A stretch of 64,000 nt of DNA from an uncultured Actinomycetes bacterium. Its GTDB lineage: Bacteria; Actinomycetota; Actinomycetes; S36-B12. The notes under the pieces are model-generated. The model ran no database searches. It saw only the letters and a list, made by a program, of their open reading frames with translations, and was not told where the DNA came from. The DNA is taken from contig CAVWJW010000004.1 of NCBI GenBank assembly GCA_963755335.1, forward strand, positions 396,473 through 460,472, read 5' to 3'. A program made the position numbers and the translations under genes. Below are positions 43,884 to 55,462 of the stretch, piece after piece; positions within the stretch are counted from its first letter, which is position 1, and each line of letters opens with the position of its first letter.

Positions 43884-45270
43884 CTAGGACGTCGTCTTTG
43901 CGGCGCTGGTCAGCGAGATGAGAATCGATTCGAGCTTGCTCGGATCCTTGACCAGGGCCAGCATTCCCGCCCACCAGTCTTGCTGCAATGAGGCGGGCAT
44001 CATGTCCCCGGCGGCAAAGCGAACGATGGGTGCGTCCGTGACTTCCGCGGCGACTGCTTGCCCGACAGGATCCATATAGGTATCCGATGGAACGCTCCGG
44101 TTCACGGACGTGAACCCGCCGAGCTTGATCGAAGCTTCCTGTGACGGGGCGCCCGCAAGGTAGGTCATGAACGACCGCGCAGGTGGCGTATCCCTCAGCA
44201 TGACCACCACGTCGGCGCCAATGGTGATCGCGCCGCTGTACTCGGGGTTGATCGTCGGAAAGGGGAAGTAGTTGTAGTCATGGCCCGCGACCAGATTCGG
44301 GTACTGGGACGCGATGAATCCCTGTGCGATCGAGGAGAGGTAGTACATGTAGGCCTGGGTGGCTTGGTGTACAAAGGGGTTCCCCCGTCGCCGTCGCCCG
44401 TCGCGAGTATGCCTGCAGTACCTCCGAGCACATAGCGCTTCGTCTGCACGACGCTGGCGAACATCTCGAACGACTGTTTGATGCAGGGTCGGTCCAGGGA
44501 ATCTCGGCCGCGATCCACTTGTCGTAGAGATCCGGGCCGCAGTTGTTGAGCACGATCTCCGAGATCCAGTCGGTGAGGGGCCAGCCGCTGGCCGGGCCAC
44601 TCGCAGACACCACAGAGAACGGCGTGCGACCGTCTGCGACCATCGTGTCGGCCAACGTCATCATTTCATCCCAGGTCTGGGGGACCGTGTAGCCGTCCGC
44701 CGCGAACGCTGCCGGGCTGTACCAGACCGTCGCCTTGTTCGAGGTCTTGTAGAAGATTCCGTACAACGTGCCGTTGTCGCTACCGAGTTCAGTCCATGCA
44801 GGCGCGTAATCCTTCGTGACGTGAGTCATGTCCAGCACGGAGTCGAGCGGGATCAACTTGCCGTCCTTGGGCCAGTCGTTGCATCACGGCCAGATTCGGC
44901 AACACCGCGATATCGGCTGGAGTCCCGGCCCGGTCGTCGGCGTCGAGCGCGTCGGTAGGTCCTGGGTCCCTTGCCAGTCGACCGTGTACCCGGTGGACCT
45001 CTCCCATACGGACTTGACGGTGTCAAAGTTGTCGTATTCAGGGCCGCTCCACAAGCCGAGAACACGGACGTGTCCCGCGGGGCCTTCGGTGGTGGTGGCG
45101 CTTATGGGAGTGGCACTCGAAGGGGCGTTCATCAGCGCCGTGCTTGGGAGGCGCCGGCTCGTCCCTGCCGTGCTGCCCGCTGGCGAACAGGCAACAGCAC
45201 AGCTGGCGAGGATGAGCAGACTTGCGGTCCGCACAATTCTCTGAAAAGGGATCACCGTGATTGCCTCCAT
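43884..45270 (-). pseudogene. carbohydrate ABC transporter substrate-binding protein, several frameshifts, no permease nearby
   Basis: Lipobox; GLWSGPE, K..VWY, P.TWDE, SGWPLTDW, FFPFP-like segments spread over 3-4 frames. Confidence 0.75.
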
Positions 45271-45374
45271 GACCCCTCCACCAAATACCACGATCTGCAA
45301 CCATCCCCGGGAAGCCCGCAGAACTCCTGGACTGAGGATACGTCGGTCGCGGCTAGCGGATCGATCGTGATGAG

Positions 45375-45453
45375 TGGACCATCCGTGCTCCTCGAAGGAG
45401 TCATGATCGACTCACGGAGCCAGCGTCCGGCGGCAAGTAAGGGCAGAGTTCAG
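45375..45453 (+). repeat. internally deleted att-like repeat
   Basis: gactcacggagccagcg...ggcaagtaagggcagagttcag. Confidence 0.65.
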
Positions 45454-45689
45454 AACGGAAACGGCGGGCGAACGACCAGTTGCGCGCTGTACGCCTGATG
45501 TCCGGCGGTGCCACGCCGTGCGTAGCGCTGAGCGTCCACTACGCCGCCCTCAGGAATACGTTCAGCCCAGACCTTCTGGGCAGGGGGCGTATGCGGCGGA
45601 CGATGACGCGGACATCTCCGGAGACGACAGCGATTCGCGCATGAAGGCGATCAACTTAGGTGCGGAGAACGACGTCACCGACGAGATGG

Positions 45690-45845
45690 CTGAACGCGGG
45701 CGCGGCGCCGCTCGCATCGTCTGTTGGGACTCCGCATTGAAGTCCGTCCGCATCCTCGTGGACTCTGTTTCTTTGGCCAACTGCGAGAGGAGTCTGCTCC
45801 GCCGCATCCGCGTCCGCAACCCCGAGTGGACTCAGAAGAATGGGC
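45690..45845 (+). pseudogene. decayed paralogue of the baseplate-like fragment at 1404-1710
   Basis: AARIVCWDSALKSVRILVDS...LLRRIRVRNPEWT vs AVRIVAWDAASQSIRILVDS...LLRRIPVHNPDWT. Confidence 0.7.
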
Positions 45846-45967
45846 TATCCACTCATCATCGGGGGGTGAGGATCCTTGACTCATCGGGTTTCCGGATCCT
45901 GTCGTGTGGCAGCCTCCGTCACCCTGCTCCGGACAGTTAACCCCGACACGAACCGCGTAATGGCAGC

Positions 45968-46525
45968 ATGACAGGCATGCGCGCAGTCGAGCTGCTCTTC
46001 GCGGTTGGCTGGGCGGCGTTTTGGCTCTACTGGCTCCTCTCAGCGTTCACGGCGAAGCGCAGCAAGGTCGCGTGGTCGGATGAGCTGCTCATCCGCCTCG
46101 CGATCGTGGTCTGCGCCATCGTCCTGCTGCGACTTGGCGTGCTCCGCGGGGGTGACCTCACCACGGACCCGGTGCGAGCCGCGTGCGGGCTGGTCCTCTT
46201 CGTGCTCGGGTTGGGCTGCGCTCTGTGGGCGCGGGTGAACATGGGGCGCAACTGGGGTGGGCCGATGTCTCGCAAGGACGACACAGAGCTGGTTACCGGT
46301 GGCCCGTACCGACTCGTTCGGCATCCCATCTACGGGGGGATCCTGGTCGCGGGTATCGGAACAGCGATCGCGCTGAACTGGGCATGGCTGGCCGCGGTGG
46401 CCCTGTTCGGGGCCTACTTCGTCTACAGCGCCGTCGTCGAGGAGCGCCACCTGAGCGGGGTATTCCCCGAAAGTTACCTTTCCTACCAGCGATCGACCAA
46501 GATGTTCGTCCCGTTCATCCTCTGA
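45968..46525 (+). CDS. isoprenylcysteine carboxyl methyltransferase family protein
   Basis: LVTGGPYRLVRHPIY, EE..L, Y..Y. Confidence 0.9.
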   Translation: MTGMRAVELLFAVGWAAFWLYWLLSAFTAKRSKVAWSDELLIRLAIVVCAIVLLRLGVLRGGDLTTDPVRAACGLVLFVLGLGCALWARVNMGRNWGGPMSRKDDTELVTGGPYRLVRHPIYGGILVAGIGTAIALNWAWLAAVALFGAYFVYSAVVEERHLSGVFPESYLSYQRSTKMFVPFIL

Positions 46526-46761
46526 CGGGGAGTGGCCGTATCGGTCATCGCTCGGCGAGCGTGACGGCGCGCGCGGCCAGTCCCTACCCATTCTCGACCT
46601 CGACACAACGTGTCCTTCCCGCCGTAGTTGTATGGATAGCCCATTGCGACGATTCAGCGGCGACGCCTGTGGGCAGCCCCGGATGAGCCGGTTTTCGCGG
46701 GGACCACCTGGATCGATTGCCGAGATCTCCATCCTTCGTTGAGTGGTGGCGCGGGCTCACC

Positions 46762-47271
46762 TCACCGGAAATAGAGAGCGAGACGGTCGGTGCGACCTGA
46801 CCACTTCAGGATGACAGTCCAGCAACCGGCTGCAGGCACGTCCACGATGGACGGCCCCGGTCCCCCTGAGATCACGCGATCGATTGCGACGTCGGAGCCG
46901 TTGAGGGTCGAGTGGATCCTCAGGTCTGGATCACTGGGCGACGGGGCCGACTCGGATAGGGGGCTGGATACCCACAAGATCTTCTTGGCATGCCCCTTCG
47001 CGCTCGGGTCGTCAGAGGGACCTTCAAAAGCGACGCCGAGGATCGAGCCATCGACTCCGCGCACCTGGTACACGGGTTGGTCCGGCGGGGTGAAGCCTCC
47101 TTGGGCCCAAGTCGGCAAGGGACCGCGAGTCAGCGTGCTGGTGCAGGGCAGTTCGTCGGCATTCTTCCCACGGGGCGGGTTTGCCTCCGCTGCGGATTGG
47201 CCGGCCGACGAGCACGCACAGGCCGTCATCAGCGTCACTATCGCGGTCGCGGCCATCATCATCTTCCGCAC
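46762..47271 (-). CDS. hypothetical lipoprotein
   Basis: Lipobox; LP.WA..GF, KILWV, GPGPSIVDVP.AGCW. Confidence 0.7.
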   Translation of the reverse strand: MRKMMMAATAIVTLMTACACSSAGQSAAEANPPRGKNADELPCTSTLTRGPLPTWAQGGFTPPDQPVYQVRGVDGSILGVAFEGPSDDPSAKGHAKKILWVSSPLSESAPSPSDPDLRIHSTLNGSDVAIDRVISGGPGPSIVDVPAAGCWTVILKWSGRTDRLALYFR

Positions 47272-47349
47272 GTCGCCATGCTATTCCGACCCCGACGCAC
47301 GACTTGTCTCGCTTGGACACGCGGCTTATGCCAGACCGGGCGGATGTCA

Positions 47350-47472
47350 TTGGGGCCACGGGACTGGACGATCGTGAAGCCATGCGCCGACTGTTCGAGG
47401 AGGAAGGCGACGACGGGGCCGCCGTCCAGCTTGTTGAGCTCGCAGTTGAAGTAGGAAGCGGACTTGCCGCGG
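47350..47472 (+). pseudogene. truncated paralogue of acidic protein 937-1269
   Basis: GLDDREAMRRLFEEEGDDGAAVQLVELAV. Confidence 0.7.
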
Positions 47473-47621
47473 GTAGCACGACCGCATCGTTCCGGTACTG
47501 ATCGTTTCCGACGTTCGCGCCGGCCTTGGTGAAGACGGACGCGACGCGGACGGTGAACGTGGTCAACCCCGCGAGCAGCTGACACCGATCCCAAGTGCCA
47601 CCTCTCCACAGAGTCCACGTC

Positions 47622-47950
47622 TTGACCTTCCGTTCTTGCCGCCAAAGCGAGATTCTTCGTACCGACCGTGATGCCAGCGCACGATCCGGTGTTCGACCTC
47701 CAACAACGAAAGGGCAGCGATCACTTGCCTAGTGAATCAGTCCGGATTGCGAGGGCAGAAAGCGCTGGGCTGCAACGACTTTCCAGGACTACCGATTGCG
47801 GGGCCGAACGCCATTGACCTCCCGGCTCTTCAGCCGTCCCGGACCAATTCCCGACCTCACAGAGTCATTGGCATTAAGCAACTACTTGACACTGTCGGCG
47901 ACTCACGAGAGAGCGTGAACCGGCAAGTAGGGGCAGAGTTTGGGGTAGAG
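47622..47950 (+). repeat. double att-like repeat (core, ~193-bp unit, core, right arm)
   Basis: Cores at 47622 and 47814; colinear with 53344-53680 and 63367-63696. Confidence 0.8.
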
Positions 47951-47967
47951 ATGACGAACCATCAAGG

Positions 47968-48266
47968 CCCTGGGACTTGACCATCTTGAAGCGCTGCGTC
48001 GGCTGGTGGAGGAGGACGAACTCGACGAGGAGACCGCGGTCTTGCTGATTGAGAAGGCCGTCGCGGAGGAGGACCTCGATCTGATGTGGTCACTCGTCGA
48101 CTCTGCCGTTGATCAGGCGGGTGGCGCCCTTGCCCACATGGTGCCGAAACCAACTGACGTCGCGACCCCGAAGTGGCTCATCAAAACGATCATGTCGATC
48201 CGGTGGCCACGCTCGCTGAGATCCCGGACGTATCCGGGGACGAGGCACTTCGACAGTGGTGACTGA
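47968..48266 (+). pseudogene. decayed paralogue of acidic protein 937-1269
   Basis: EALRRLVEED...VLLIEKAVAEEDLDLMWSLVDSAVDQAGGALA...KWLI. Confidence 0.75.
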
Positions 48267-48464
48267 TGGGGAAGACGACCCTCGGGTGGATCGCGCTTCG
48301 TGAGCCACCATCACGGCTCGGGCCGGCCTCCGCTATCTCGGACGATGCCCTGGGGGATTCTCGAAGTCGGGAATTGGCGCCCTCACGCTTCAGCGGCACG
48401 TCGGGCCGCGGCAACTTCCGGCAACATTGCGACGCGACGCGACGACGCGGTCGAGGATTGCGGC

Positions 48465-49885
48465 ATGCAGACTCCGCGGCCGTTCTCGCCACATCCCGAC
48501 CGGCTGCTTCCGGCCGATCCCCAGGGGAGGGCCGTCGCGCGCCGGATCTACGAGGGCGTGCGCGACCTGCCCATCATCAGTCCGCACGGACATGTCCCGG
48601 CGAAGCTGGCTGTCCGTAGACCGGCCGTTCACGGACCCGACGTCGCTCCTGATCTCGCCAGATCACTACATCACGCGACTTCTCCACGCCTCAGGCGTGC
48701 CCGCGAAGCTGGGCGTCGGCCGAGCTCGTCTGACCGATGACGAGGCGCGCGAGGCATGGCGGATCTTCTGCGCGCACTGGTCCGGTCTTCGCGGCTACGC
48801 CGTCGCGCTACTGGATGGAGAGCAGCTGGCGGATATCTTCGAGGTCGAGCTACGACCGAGCGAGCAGAACGCCGACGCGCTTGTACGACGAGATCTCGGC
48901 CAGGCTGGCGTCCGCCGAGTTCCGGCCACGCGCCCTGCTTCGTCGCTTCGGGATCGATGTCCTGGCGACGACGGACGATCCGTGCGACGACCTGGAGGCT
49001 CACGCCACCGTCCGCCGAGCCGGCGACGTGTCGGCCCGCGTCGTCCCGACCTTCCGATCCGGATCGTTACCTCGAGCCCGGTCGCGCACGACTGGCCGGC
49101 GCTGGTGGACGCTCTGGGGTCAGCCGCAGACGTCGACACGGACTCCTATGACGGCTTCATCCACGCCCTGGAGATCCGTCGAGCGCACTTCATCGATCAC
49201 GGCGCCGTCTCGACCGACCACAGCCATGCGGACCTCGTCACGCTGACACTGGACGCAGGCGAATCTCGACGCATCTTCTCCGCCGGCGCGTCTCCGCCGC
49301 GACCGACGCCGAGAGTACGGCACTGCGTCGGCACCTACTCGTCGAGATGGCCCGAATGTCCGTGGAGGACGGGCTGGTCATGACACTCCACCCGGGCGTC
49401 GCGCGCGACCATCACGCACCGACGGCGGCCCAGGTACGGCGCGGATGTCGGGTGCGACATCCCGATCGCGGTCGAGTACACGCGCAGCCTGCAGCACCTG
49501 CTCGAGCGGTTCGGGACGGCCGGACGGCTTCCACCTGGTCCTGTTCTCGTTGGACGAGACGACCTTCTCGCGGGAGATCGCGCCGCTGGCCGGCTTCTAC
49601 CCCAGTGTCTACGCAGGGGCGCCGTGGTGGTTCCTGGACGCGCCCGACGCGATCCGGCGCTTCCAGGGAGCCGTCACCGAGACCACCGGATTCACCCGCC
49701 TGTCGGGCTTCATCGACGACACCCGCGCCTTCTGCTCCATCCCGGCCCGACATGACATGTCGCGTCGGCTGGACAGCTCCTACCTCGCCGAGCTCGTCGC
49801 GCGGCACCGGCTGGACGAGGACGAGGCGGTGTCGATCGCGCGCGACCTGGTCCTGGTCAACCCGAGACGGACGTTCAAGCTCTGA
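48465..49885 (+). CDS. uxaC: glucuronate isomerase, multiply frameshifted
   Basis: LPIISPHGHV, PDHYITRLL, LATTDDP, STDHSH, GAPWWFLD, GFIDDTRAFCSIPARHDMSRR. Confidence 0.88.
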
Positions 49886-49965
49886 CGGCGCCGAGGTGGG
49901 CCGGCGTGGCGACGTAGGCGGACGTGCCCGACGGGATCGCACGCAGGCGCCGTCATCGGATCCGG

Positions 49966-51380
49966 TCAGAGACCAGCATCGGCGCGTCGGAGGGCGTCCA
50001 GCTCGCGGACCTGGTCCAGCACCACCTGGCGCACGACCGCATTGTCGGAGAGCGACGACGCGTACCCCTCGGCCAGTGGGCGGCCGACCCGCGGAGCGCA
50101 GCGAGTCAGCCTGAGGGTCGTTCACCGGGGTCCCTGCCCCGCAGGTGCAGGACCCAGGCCGCCAGGGCGCGCGTCGCCCCAGTCGCGACCGCTCCCTGGT
50201 CGAGCCGCGCTCGAAGCACCGGGAGGATCCGCGCCGGCAGCTTCTGCGAGCCGTCGGCCGCGATCTGCGCGAGCAGATGCCGGATGCGCGGGTTGGCGTA
50301 CCGGCGCCAGCAGTGCCGCGCGGTACGCGTCGACCTCAGCGCGGGGAGGGGCAGCACCCCGGCAGCGTCGTCCCACCACTCCTCCACCCAGCCGCGGACC
50401 GACGCGTTGCCGATCGCGTCCGCGACGGTCTCCGAGCCGAGCAGCGGCGCTGCGTACGCCATGAGGGAGTGGGATCCGTTGAGGAGCCAGAGCTTGCGGT
50501 GCTCCCACGGCACCAGGTTCTCGACGAAGCGCGCCGCTGAGGTCTCCCACGCGGGACGGCCCGCCACGAAATCCCCCGACAGCACCCACTCCGAGTAGCG
50601 CTCGGTGACGACGCAGGCGAGGTCGTCGACCCCGGTCCGCCGGAGGAGGTCCGCGCGGTCCTCTCCGGTCGTGCGCGGGGTGATGCGGTCCACCATCGTC
50701 GTGACGAAGGTGCAGTAGTCGGCGACCCAGGTCGAGAGTGACGGGTCGACGACTTCTGCCAGGTCGAGGACGACCTGCCGGACCACCTGACCGTTCCCCG
50801 GCAGGTTGTCGCACGGCACGAACGTCATGCCGCCGAGCCCTGCGGCCCGTCGGGCGAGGAGTCCCGCGACGAGCTTGCCCGGTGCAGTCACCGTGTCGGC
50901 GGCAGCGGGACCCTGCCGCAACGAGGCCACGTCGGAGGCCACGCGCGGATCATCGACGTCCAGGGCACCGGTGCCGCTGCGGCAGTAGCCGGCCTCGGTC
51001 ACGGTCGAGGTGACGATCGAGAGATCGGCGAGGCGGAACGTAGCCCTCCAGCGGTCCAGGTCGACGGAGCCGTGGACCTCGGAGATCGACGACATCACGA
51101 ACGGCTCATCGTCTGAGGCGTCCCGCAGCAGGAGCGTGTAGAGGCCTTGCTGCGCGACGAGGCCCGCGGGGGGCTCGGTCCGGCCGGCGAACGCGGCGAT
51201 GCCCCACTGATGGCGTCGGTTGCCCGGTCGGTGTACCACGCCTGGTGTGCGCGGAAGAAGTTGCCGAGACCGAGATGCGCGATGCGCACGGGGGCCGCGG
51301 CCCTGCCATCGTGATCGCGCGAGAGGCGCCGCGCGATCGTCGGTCGTCCGCCGGATGCGTCCACGGCTGAGACCCTACGG
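49966..51380 (-). CDS. mannitol dehydrogenase family (D-mannonate oxidoreductase, UxuB-like), frameshifted
   Basis: [55 protein letters not shown]. Confidence 0.88.
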
Positions 51381-51544
51381 CGGCCCGACGAACCGCACAG
51401 CGGCTCGTGCAGCGCGGGGCGACGGTTGCTCCCGTGCGGGAACCGGGAAGCATGCCGACCAGCAGGCATCCATCGGCCACCGGCCCGAGCCGGACGCAGT
51501 CCCGAACCGGAGTCCGCGCGGCAGCGAGCTGGAGGAGCCCGACC

Positions 51545-52780
51545 ATGAAGATCGTCTCCGCCGACGTCATCGTCACCAGCCCCGACCGCAACTTCGTCAC
51601 GCTGACGGCTGACGACCGACGACGGCCTGGTCGGCATCGGCGACGCCACCCTCAACGGGCGCGAGCTGGCGGTCGTCGCCTACCTGCGCGACCACGTCGT
51701 CCCGCTGCTGATCGGCCGGGACGCGCAGTCGCATCGAGGACACCTGGCAGTTCCTCTATCGCTGCGGCGTACTGGCGGCGCGGGCCGGTCACGATGGCGG
51801 CGATCGCCGCCGTCGACATGGCTCTGTGGGACATCAAGGGCAAGGCGGCCGGGATGCCGGTCTACCAGCTGCTCGGCAGGCGCCAGCCGCACCGGCCTGC
51901 ATGGCCTACGGTCACGCGTCGGGCAAGACGCTGCCCGAGCTGTTCGACTCGTGCGCGACCACCAGCAGCAGGGCTACAAGTCGATCCGCATCCAGACCGG
52001 CGTGCCCGGGCTCAAGTCGATCTACGGGATCGCCGCGCAGTCGAGCGAGCGGCGAGCGGTACGACCACGAGCCGGCGCAGCGTGGTGCCTACCCGGCCGA
52101 GGAGGACTGGGACACCCGCGCCTACCTGCGCCACGTGCCCGACGCGTGTTCGAGGCCGTGCGCAACGAGTTCGGCCCGGAACTGCCTCTGCTGCACGACG
52201 GCCACCACCGGATGACGCCGATCCAGGCCGCCAAGCTGGGCAAGTCCCTGGAGCCGTACGACCTGTTCTGGCTGGAGGACTGCACCCCCGCCGAGAACCA
52301 GGAGGCGCTGCGCCTGGTGCGACAGCACACCACGACTCCGCTGGCGATCGGCGAGGTCTTCAACACGGTCTGGGACTACCAGCGATCATCCGGGAGCAGC
52401 TGATCGACTACGTCCGCAGCGCCGTCGACGCACATCGGCGGCATCACCCGCTTCGCAAGAAGCTGCTCGACTACGCGGCCCAGTACCAGATCAAGTCGGG
52501 CATGCACGGGCCGACCGACATCTCGCCGGTCGGCTGGCCGCCGCGATGCACCTGGGGCTGTCGATCCACAACTTCGGCATCCAGGAGTACATGCAGCACG
52601 GCGCCAAGACGGACAGCGTCTTCCGGCAGTCGTTCACGTGGACGGACGGCTACCTGCACCCTGGCGACGAGCCGGGGCTCGGCGTCACCCTCGACGTCGA
52701 CGAGGCCGGTAAGTATCCGTACGAGCAGGCTTACCTACCTTCCCAACCGGCTGGCCGACGGCACGGTGCATGACTGGTAG
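51545..52780 (+). CDS. manD: D-mannonate dehydratase (enolase superfamily, ManD/RspA), frameshifted
   Basis: [57 protein letters not shown]. Confidence 0.88.
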   Translation: MKIVSADVIVTSPDRNFVTLTADDRRRPGRHRRRHPQRARAGGRRLPARPRRPAADRPGRAVASRTPGSSSIAAAYWRRGPVTMAAIAAVDMALWDIKGKAAGMPVYQLLGRRQPHRPAWPTVTRRARRCPSCSTRARPPAAGLQVDPHPDRRARAQVDLRDRRAVERAASGTTTSRRSVVPTRPRRTGTPAPTCATCPTRVRGRAQRVRPGTASAARRPPPDDADPGRQAGQVPGAVRPVLAGGLHPRREPGGAAPGATAHHDSAGDRRGLQHGLGLPAIIREQLIDYVRSAVDAHRRHHPLRKKLLDYAAQYQIKSGMHGPTDISPVGWPPRCTWGCRSTTSASRSTCSTAPRRTASSGSRSRGRTATCTLATSRGSASPSTSTRPVSIRTSRLTYLPNRLADGTVHDW

Positions 52781-53271
52781 ACCCCCTCATCGTCGTCATG
52801 GGCGTCTCGGCTGCGGCAAGTCGAGCGTCGGCCGCGGACTGGCCGACCGCCTCCACCTCCCGTTCGAGGACGCCGACGACCTGCATCCGGCCAGCAACGT
52901 GCACAAGATGGAGGCGGGCATTCCGCTGACCGACGAGGACCGGTGGCCGTGGCTGACGCTCGTCGGTGCACGACTCCAGCGCCTCCGATTCCGGCCTGGT
53001 GATCGCCTGCTCGGCGCTGCGGTACGCGTACCGCGACCTGCTCCGCTCCCTCGCGCCTGACCTGCTCTTCGTTCATCTCAAAGGATCCCGCGAGGAGTTG
53101 GCGTCGCGCCTGAGCGACCGAGTCGACCACTTCATGCCGCTCACCCTCCTCGACTCCCAGCTCGCGACACTCGAGCCCCTCCGACCGGACGAACGGGGCA
53201 TCACCCTGGACTGCGCCCTCCCCGAAAGCGACCTAGTACTGAAGGTTACGGAATCGCTGAACAGTCGCTGA
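52770..53271 (+). CDS. gntK: gluconokinase, frameshifted
   Basis: G.GKS P-loop, [29 protein letters not shown]...YRD, HFMP..LLDSQL.TLE. Confidence 0.88.
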
Positions 53272-53285
53272 CGGCCGCATGAGCG

Positions 53286-53680
53286 GCGGGTTGCGGAACT
53301 CGGCTGGAGGGACTTCGGCTGCCACGGTGCACGCCCGGAGCCGCCCACCTTCCGATCTTTGCCGCCAGATCACGACGCGTCGCGGCGACCGTCGTGGCAG
53401 CGTGCGATCCGGAAATTCGTGCTCCGACGCGAAAGGGCAGCGCCCCTTTCCAAGTGATTGAGTCTGGATTCGCCACAAGCGAAAGTTAATGCGCTGCAAT
53501 AACTTTCTCTTGTCGGCGTTTCGGGGCAGAGTGTCGTTGACCTCCCGATCTTCTGCCGTCCCAAACTGATTCTGGCTCCTCGCAAAGTCATTGGTATTAA
53601 ACAACTATTGGACTTGCCTCGACTCACGAGAACCAGCGTGAACCGGCAGGTAAGGGCAGAATTCAGGGCAGGTTGGTCGA
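53286..53680 (+). repeat. double att-like repeat preceded by decayed tRNA-Phe 3' half
   Basis: gggttgcgga...gacttcggctgccacgg...ccgcccaccttccgatcttt; second core at 53537; aagtcattggtattaaacaactattgg; gggcagaattcagggcag. Confidence 0.85.
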
Positions 53681-53933
53681 GCGCCCGCGAGCATGAATCG
53701 GTTGTGGCATCCCACATCTGTTCGTCGCCAGCTCATGGCCGCTCGGCGCGAAGGACCATGGGGACTGGTGCCCGGCTCGCCCGACCGTCGCGTCCTGCGC
53801 ACCCCGTGGGTGTTCCCGCCCGCGACAACCCGCTTCAGCTGGCCGATGGTGGTTGCGCGAACGCGTCTTCACACCTCGACGCCGAAAGCACTGCCTGGTC
53901 CCGTCGCAAGCGGCGCTGCCAAGCCGTCGCTCC

Positions 53934-55004
53934 TCATGGACGGCGGCTGTCGGACCCTGGACTCCTCGTCACCGCGGAGTCGACGATGGCCAGCAGATCG
54001 TCGAGTTGGGTGGCGAACGGAACGACCAGGGCGAGCTGGTCGGTGTGGCGCTGCCAGCGGGCAAGGACCTCGTGTGCGTCGTCGTGGGTTCCGAAGACGA
54101 GCACGTCGGTTGCTAGCCGTTCCGCGGCGGCAGGCAGCACGGGCTGGCGAGGATCACTATTCGCCTCGAGCAGTGCGTCGATCTCGGAGCCGTAGCCGTG
54201 TTCACGCAGGACGCGGGGATATACCGGGCCCATGCGGGTGCAGTACGTCACGAGCCATCGAGCGGCGAGGGTGGATGCGGTTGGCTCGTTCTGCGCGAGC
54301 GCGACGGGGATCGCGGCCGTCACCGTCGGCACGGTGGATCGCTCATGCTCCGTGGCCGAGATGTTCAGCAGTTCTCGGCCTCGATCGAGTGCCGACGGCG
54401 GTAGCAGGAAGGGCAACCACTGGTCGGCAAGTTCACCGGCGAGCCGAATGCTGGGATCGGTGATGGCCGCGATCGCAAGCGGCACTTTCGTGTCGGGGGG
54501 CTTCCCGAGCCCCAGCGGGCGCGCATGGCCCGAGGGGTCAGGAAGGCGCTCGCCGCGCAGGAGCGCTGTGACGGCGGCGCACGTGGATCGCAGGCGCCGC
54601 AGGGGGGACTCCCATCGCGCCCCGTGGAAGCCCTCGGCGATGGGGGCTGTCCCGGCTCCCAGCCCGAGGACGAAGCGTCCGTGTGACTGTCGCTGCAACT
54701 CCGCTGCGGTCATGGCCAAGGTGGCCGGCGTTCGCCCCCACACCGACAGCACTCCCGTCGTCAGCCCGATGTGGCTCGTGACGGCCGCGAGCCGGGCGAG
54801 CACGAGCGGCGCCGCCAGACTCATGGCCTCCGCCACCGACACGAATGCCAGGCCACGCTTCTCCGCGTGCTGCGCGACGCGCTCGATGACATCGAGTCGG
54901 TCTTCGAACGGCGTGAAACCAATTCCGATCGGAATGACGGTGGAGGGTGGCTCCGCCACGGGCATGCACCTCCAGACCGTCACGGTTGGCCAGCATCGTT
55001 CCAC
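53934..55004 (-). CDS. LLM-class flavin-dependent oxidoreductase
   Basis: T..I.L.TGVL....RTPA.LAM.A..L...S.GRFVLGLG, LAGELAD. Confidence 0.88.
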   Translation of the reverse strand: MERCWPTVTVWRCMPVAEPPSTVIPIGIGFTPFEDRLDVIERVAQHAEKRGLAFVSVAEAMSLAAPLVLARLAAVTSHIGLTTGVLSVWGRTPATLAMTAAELQRQSHGRFVLGLGAGTAPIAEGFHGARWESPLRRLRSTCAAVTALLRGERLPDPSGHARPLGLGKPPDTKVPLAIAAITDPSIRLAGELADQWLPFLLPPSALDRGRELLNISATEHERSTVPTVTAAIPVALAQNEPTASTLAARWLVTYCTRMGPVYPRVLREHGYGSEIDALLEANSDPRQPVLPAAAERLATDVLVFGTHDDAHEVLARWQRHTDQLALVVPFATQLDDLLAIVDSAVTRSPGSDSRRP

Positions 55005-55462
55005 ATCATCGAGGCACCCGGAAGCCGATCAGGCCAGCCCTTCGCGCCTGCGTGCGGGTCTCGCTCGCCATCACCGAACAGAGTCAGGATGCCGGATATT
55101 GCTCGGGAGTGTCCGCATTTCGCCGCTCGTCACGCGGTTGGCCTGACACGCTCGCCATTGTCGTAAGTCAGGACCGGAACCAAACGGAGCAGGTCCACAG
55201 CTCGTGTCCGGGGTCGTCGGGGTCGAGGTCGCGGACAGACCTAGGGCAACGGCGAGGTCCGCCAGTGATCGGAGAACACATCCGATACGAGGGCCACGAC
55301 GTGAGGAGCACGGCGGCTCGTCTCACGTCCCCCGCGTTGGTCTCACGCAAGACGCCGCTGGCCTTGCGGGCGGCGGTGGCCCGCCGACTCCACGGAAGCG
55401 CTCTACTGAGGCGAGGCGATCCCGCGCTGAAGTCTTGGCGAGACCCTTACGTTGACCTCCGC

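Noticed and set aside
937-48266. Diversity-generating retroelement behind the diverged paralogues
   Set aside because: No reverse transcriptase, and the differences are not adenine-specific.
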